From contig CM082596.2 in NCBI GenBank assembly GCA_040954595.2, positions 8,879,124 through 8,943,123 on the forward strand: a stretch of DNA of 64,000 bases, written 5' to 3'. Of this stretch, positions 60,328 to 64,000 are shown piece by piece. The stretch comes from Balanoglossus misakiensis (Eukaryota > Animalia > Hemichordata). Below the pieces are notes generated by a model, which searched no databases, was not told where the DNA came from, and saw only the letters and a program-made list of their open reading frames with translations. The translations under genes were made by a program, and so were the position numbers. Positions within the stretch are counted from its first letter, which is position 1. Each line of letters starts with the position of its first letter.

Positions 60328-61677
60328 GGGCGTTCTCACTGGCACGTTTACACCTGTGCTACACCGGTGTAGATTTGACACCAACGGAAAAAAACAAGTG
60401 AGAACGCTTTACACCGGTGTTGGGCTGGTGTTAATTTGCGACGGCGATGGGTGGTGGGTCAGGGCCAGTGCTGGGCCAGCGCTCCGACGCAAATATGCCT
60501 AACACCGTTCAAAAGCGCCACCCTGCAGTGACTTTTGGGTATGTTTATTAGGTATAGCCCATTGTCTTTGGTCAGTTTCAATTGTGAAGTCAATCACACT
60601 GGACGCGAGTGGTTTTCAAACCATTCGCAGTTTGCCAGGTCTGCAACATTTCTGTCTGCTACCAACTTTCAGAAGGTTCTCTCGATCACCGAAAAGCTGA
60701 GGCATTTTCCATTTATGGATTAACATTCATTTACTTCTAAACATTATCAAAACTGTCACAAAGTCGTCTAGAACGCATATGCAGGTATAGAAACTGAAGC
60801 ATGTTGCTGTAATGTCCTCGACGTCCTCAATTTTGTTAGTTGCCGTGTTGCTAAACATGGCCATTTAGACGGTGTTCATTTCAAAACAGTGTCAAAAAGT
60901 TTAGTGTGTGGACGCACAGAGATTCTGTGGGCTAATCCCCTGTGTTTGCAGAGAGTAAACACTGGCATAACACCAGTGTCGAAACTTTTAGTGAGAACAA
61001 GACTTATACATACCCAGCTAGGGTTCTATACTCATTTATTACTGTTTAAGCCTATTTGCAATGACCTTGTCTGGGGATTAGCCCACAGAATCTCTGTGCG
61101 TCCACACACTAAACTTTTGGCCACTGTTTTGAAATAAACACCGTCTAAATGGCCATGTTTAGCAACACGGCAACTAACAAAATTGGGGACGTCGAGGACA
61201 TTACAGCAACATGTTTCAGTTTCTATACCTGCATATGCGTTCTAGACGACTTTGTGACAGTTTTGATGTTTAGAAGTAAATGAATGTTATTCCGTAAATG
61301 GAAAATGCCTCGGCTTTTTGGTGATCAAGAGAACCTTCGGAAAGTTGGTAGCAGACAGAAGTGTGCAGACCTGGCAAACCGCGAATGGTTTGAAAACCAC
61401 TCGCGTCCAGTGTGATTGACTTCACAATGGAAACTGACCAAAGACAATGGGCTATACCTAATAACATACCCAAAAGTCACTGCAGGGTGGCGCTTTTGAA
61501 CGGTGTTTAATTTGTTTATCTTTGCGTTCTCACTGCATATTTGCGTCGGAGCACTGGCCCAGCACTGGCCCTGACCCACCACCCATCGCCGTCGCAAATT
61601 AACACCAGCCCAACACCGGTGCCAAGCGTTCTCACTTACTTTTTTCCGTCGGTGTAAACGTGCCAGTGAGAACGCCC
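60328..61677. mobile_element. Foldback DNA element with ~610-bp inverted arms
   Basis: GGGCGTTCTCACTGGCACGTTTACACC at both ends; arms 60328-60940 and 61073-61677; TA on both flanks; Harbinger-like TIR. Confidence 0.88.
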
Positions 61678-62319
61678 TATATGTGTGTGTATCAAGATAA
61701 ACAGGGAAATTTACACCTCCAAACAGTAGGAAGTTAATGCGTATACATGTAGTACATGTAGTTTGTTGATTGACATATAGGCCCTGGCCTTATCCTTTTT
61801 GGTCATCATCATCGTAGTTCCTGAAATGTTTGCTGCAAAATATATGTAGTTTCCGACATGTAGAATATATACCAAATAGTATTGAAACTAAAGTGTTTGT
61901 CGCAAAGGTTACATGTTATATGTCAAATTCAACAGTAAAATGGATTCATAACAAAATTGTCCTTTCATTCAGACCCCTGTACTTCCCCGTGCTCCAGTTT
62001 CACATCCACCAACGCCAATGAGCAACTATGAATGTCATTGGACAACCTTGTCGCCAGCCAAGCATTTGAACAATACATGCATGTATCAAGGACAGAATGT
62101 GTTATAAGGCATAAGGCCATCAACAGGGGCAATGAACTTACCATTCATTCACAGCGACCATATCTGCAATCATTGGGTGGGGTGGGATATTTTGTAGGCT
62201 GGGAACCCGGGTTTGCGTATATACACAACCAAAGTTTAACATGTGTGTAGCTGTCGTGCAGAATAGCAATGTAACTAGAAAGTAGCCGCAGTAATGTAGC
62301 ATGGCAGTTGCAACTGACA

Positions 62320-62455
62320 TGTAGCATGGCTGTAGCAGCTATGCTACATTAATGTTCTACATGCCTGTAGCATGTCTGTAGCAGCTATGCTACACTAATG
62401 TTCTACATGCCTGTAGCAGCTATGCTACACTAATGTTCTACATGCCTGTAGCATT
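62320..62455. repeat. Short tandem repeat GTAGCAGCTATGCTACACTAATGTTCTACATGCCT x3
   Basis: Visible directly. Confidence 0.8.
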
Positions 62456-63492
62456 ACTGTCTGATACCTGGTAAATTACTTTCCTTGGGTAATAGTGATT
62501 GCTGATTTAGTATGTGTACATAATGTACATGAGAGAACTGTCACGTATAAAGGTAAAGTCTATTACACAACTTAGGTGAATGTTCTGGTGGTTTTATTCC
62601 ATAATATGTATAAACATATTACACAAGTTTATAAAAATACACACTTTAAAAGTTACTGGCACACTCACCCAATAAAAATCTATTCAGTCTGTAAAAATTA
62701 TACAGGCTTTCATGGGTAAATTCATCTTTTCTAACACGACAGGTAGTATATTCACAACAGTGAACAAATGAAACTAAACTATTGACTTGATTCGAGGAAA
62801 TTAAATGAGTGTTGTTTGTGAAGCGGAAAATTTCACAATTAAACTTATCATATTGTGCAGGTTGGCAGGGTGACAACCTCTGCAAAATACAGAGGTCCAG
62901 TTTCTTCTCACCACCGGTAATTCTGACACATGTGGTTAATCTTCCATAGGACTGAAACAGATAAAAAAATATTAAGTAGGTGTTTGTAGGCTTGGTTAAA
63001 GGATCAAACCATTTGTCTTTATGGTACAAATCCTCAAAACAACACAGTGCGGATAAAAAAGATGGGTAGTGTAATGTCCATATTCAAATTACAACCAAAC
63101 TAATAAAAAGTTAATTTCTTCCAAACATGAAGAAAATGGAGAGAGAATAAGCGGTATGGTCATATACAAGGTTCTGTATGCCTTAAACAGAAAATGTACC
63201 GGTCCAAATACTACAAGAACAGTATTTATTATTTTTTATTAATGTATGTCTCCACACATAAAACTCGACACTAAACATAGATCTACACAAAATTTCCAGT
63301 TCCACCACAACAAATAAATCAAAATAACAAAAAATAATGTTACATAATCAACTTGAACTATTTATAATTTCTCAAGATGCCATCAATGATCCATTCCATT
63401 CTTTATGCAAGTTTTCCTTGTATTCATGAAATGAAATAGGTCAAAAACTGATTTTATCACATCAAAAACAAATATATCATGACTATTTACAG

Positions 63493-63600
63493 GAAGAAGT
63501 TCAGAAGAACTTTGAGGGATACAATGGGAATGCTGTCCAAAAAATGATGAAATTTGCTACGTCAAAAATACAAGAATGGAAGCAGGAAGAAGTGAGAAAG
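63493..63600 (+). other. Candidate isolated 108-nt coding exon (EEVQKNFEGY...KIQEWKQEEVRK)
   Basis: TTTACAG acceptor, AAG|GTAC donor and an open frame; no partner exon identified. Confidence 0.25.
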
Positions 63601-63665
63601 GTACACTTGAAGTAGATGTCAAATTAAGGAAGAGATATTTCTTGTTGTTTTAGCAAACATGTGGT

Positions 63666-64000
63666 GTCTGTATGTCTGTCTGTCTGTCTGTCTGTATGTA
63701 TGTATGTATGTCTGTCTGTCTGTCTCTATGTATGTATGTCTGTCTGTCTGTCTCTATGTATGTATGTCTGTCTGTCTGTCTCTATGTATGTATGTCTGTA
63801 TATATGTATGTACGTCTGTCTGTCTGTCTGTATGTATGTCTGTCTGTCTGTATGTATGTATGTTTGTATGTCTGTCTGTATGTCTGTCTGTCTGTCTGTC
63901 TGTATGTATGTATGTATGTCTGTATGTCTGTCTGTCTGTCTGTATGTCTGTCTGTATGTATGTACGTCTGTCTGTCTGTATGTATGTATGTATGTCTATC
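63666..64000. repeat. Compound (TCTG)n/(TATG)n microsatellite
   Basis: Visible directly. Confidence 0.97.

Noticed and set aside
63493-63600. Resemblance to the N-terminus of immunity-related GTPases
   Set aside because: No P-loop or other diagnostic motif in the window; too short to assign.

Overview
Repeat-rich animal genomic DNA: spliced genes, a U2 snRNA and a transposon repertoire typical of marine invertebrates (a hemichordate-like deuterostome is a guess only). (1) A full-length, ORF-intact Tx1-clade L1-like retrotransposon (Keno-type) sits in the branch-point-pairing region of a U2 snRNA gene (14376-20458, minus). (2) A second U2 promoter plus U2 nt 1-29 (plus strand, 31227-31538) is fused at the same nucleotide to an ANTISENSE half of the same retrotransposon. 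That half contains nested insertions: an IS3EU-like element (itself holding Helentron-like and piggyBac-like elements), a Gypsy/Mag element, a DIRS/Ngaro fragment and a Crypton fragment. A Kolobok element follows. All coding TEs here lie antisense to the U2 promoter. (3) An 8-exon, 492-aa group II PLP-dependent decarboxylase gene (50636-58120, minus) has Asn at the PLP-stacking His192 position, the change that defines insect aldehyde (DHPAA) synthases. It lies next to a decayed SAM methyltransferase, and a duplicate lacking exons 2-6 lies at 21406-29927. The rest is MITEs, satellites, palindromes and a Penelope-type hammerhead motif. All alignments were done by eye; no database searches were run.
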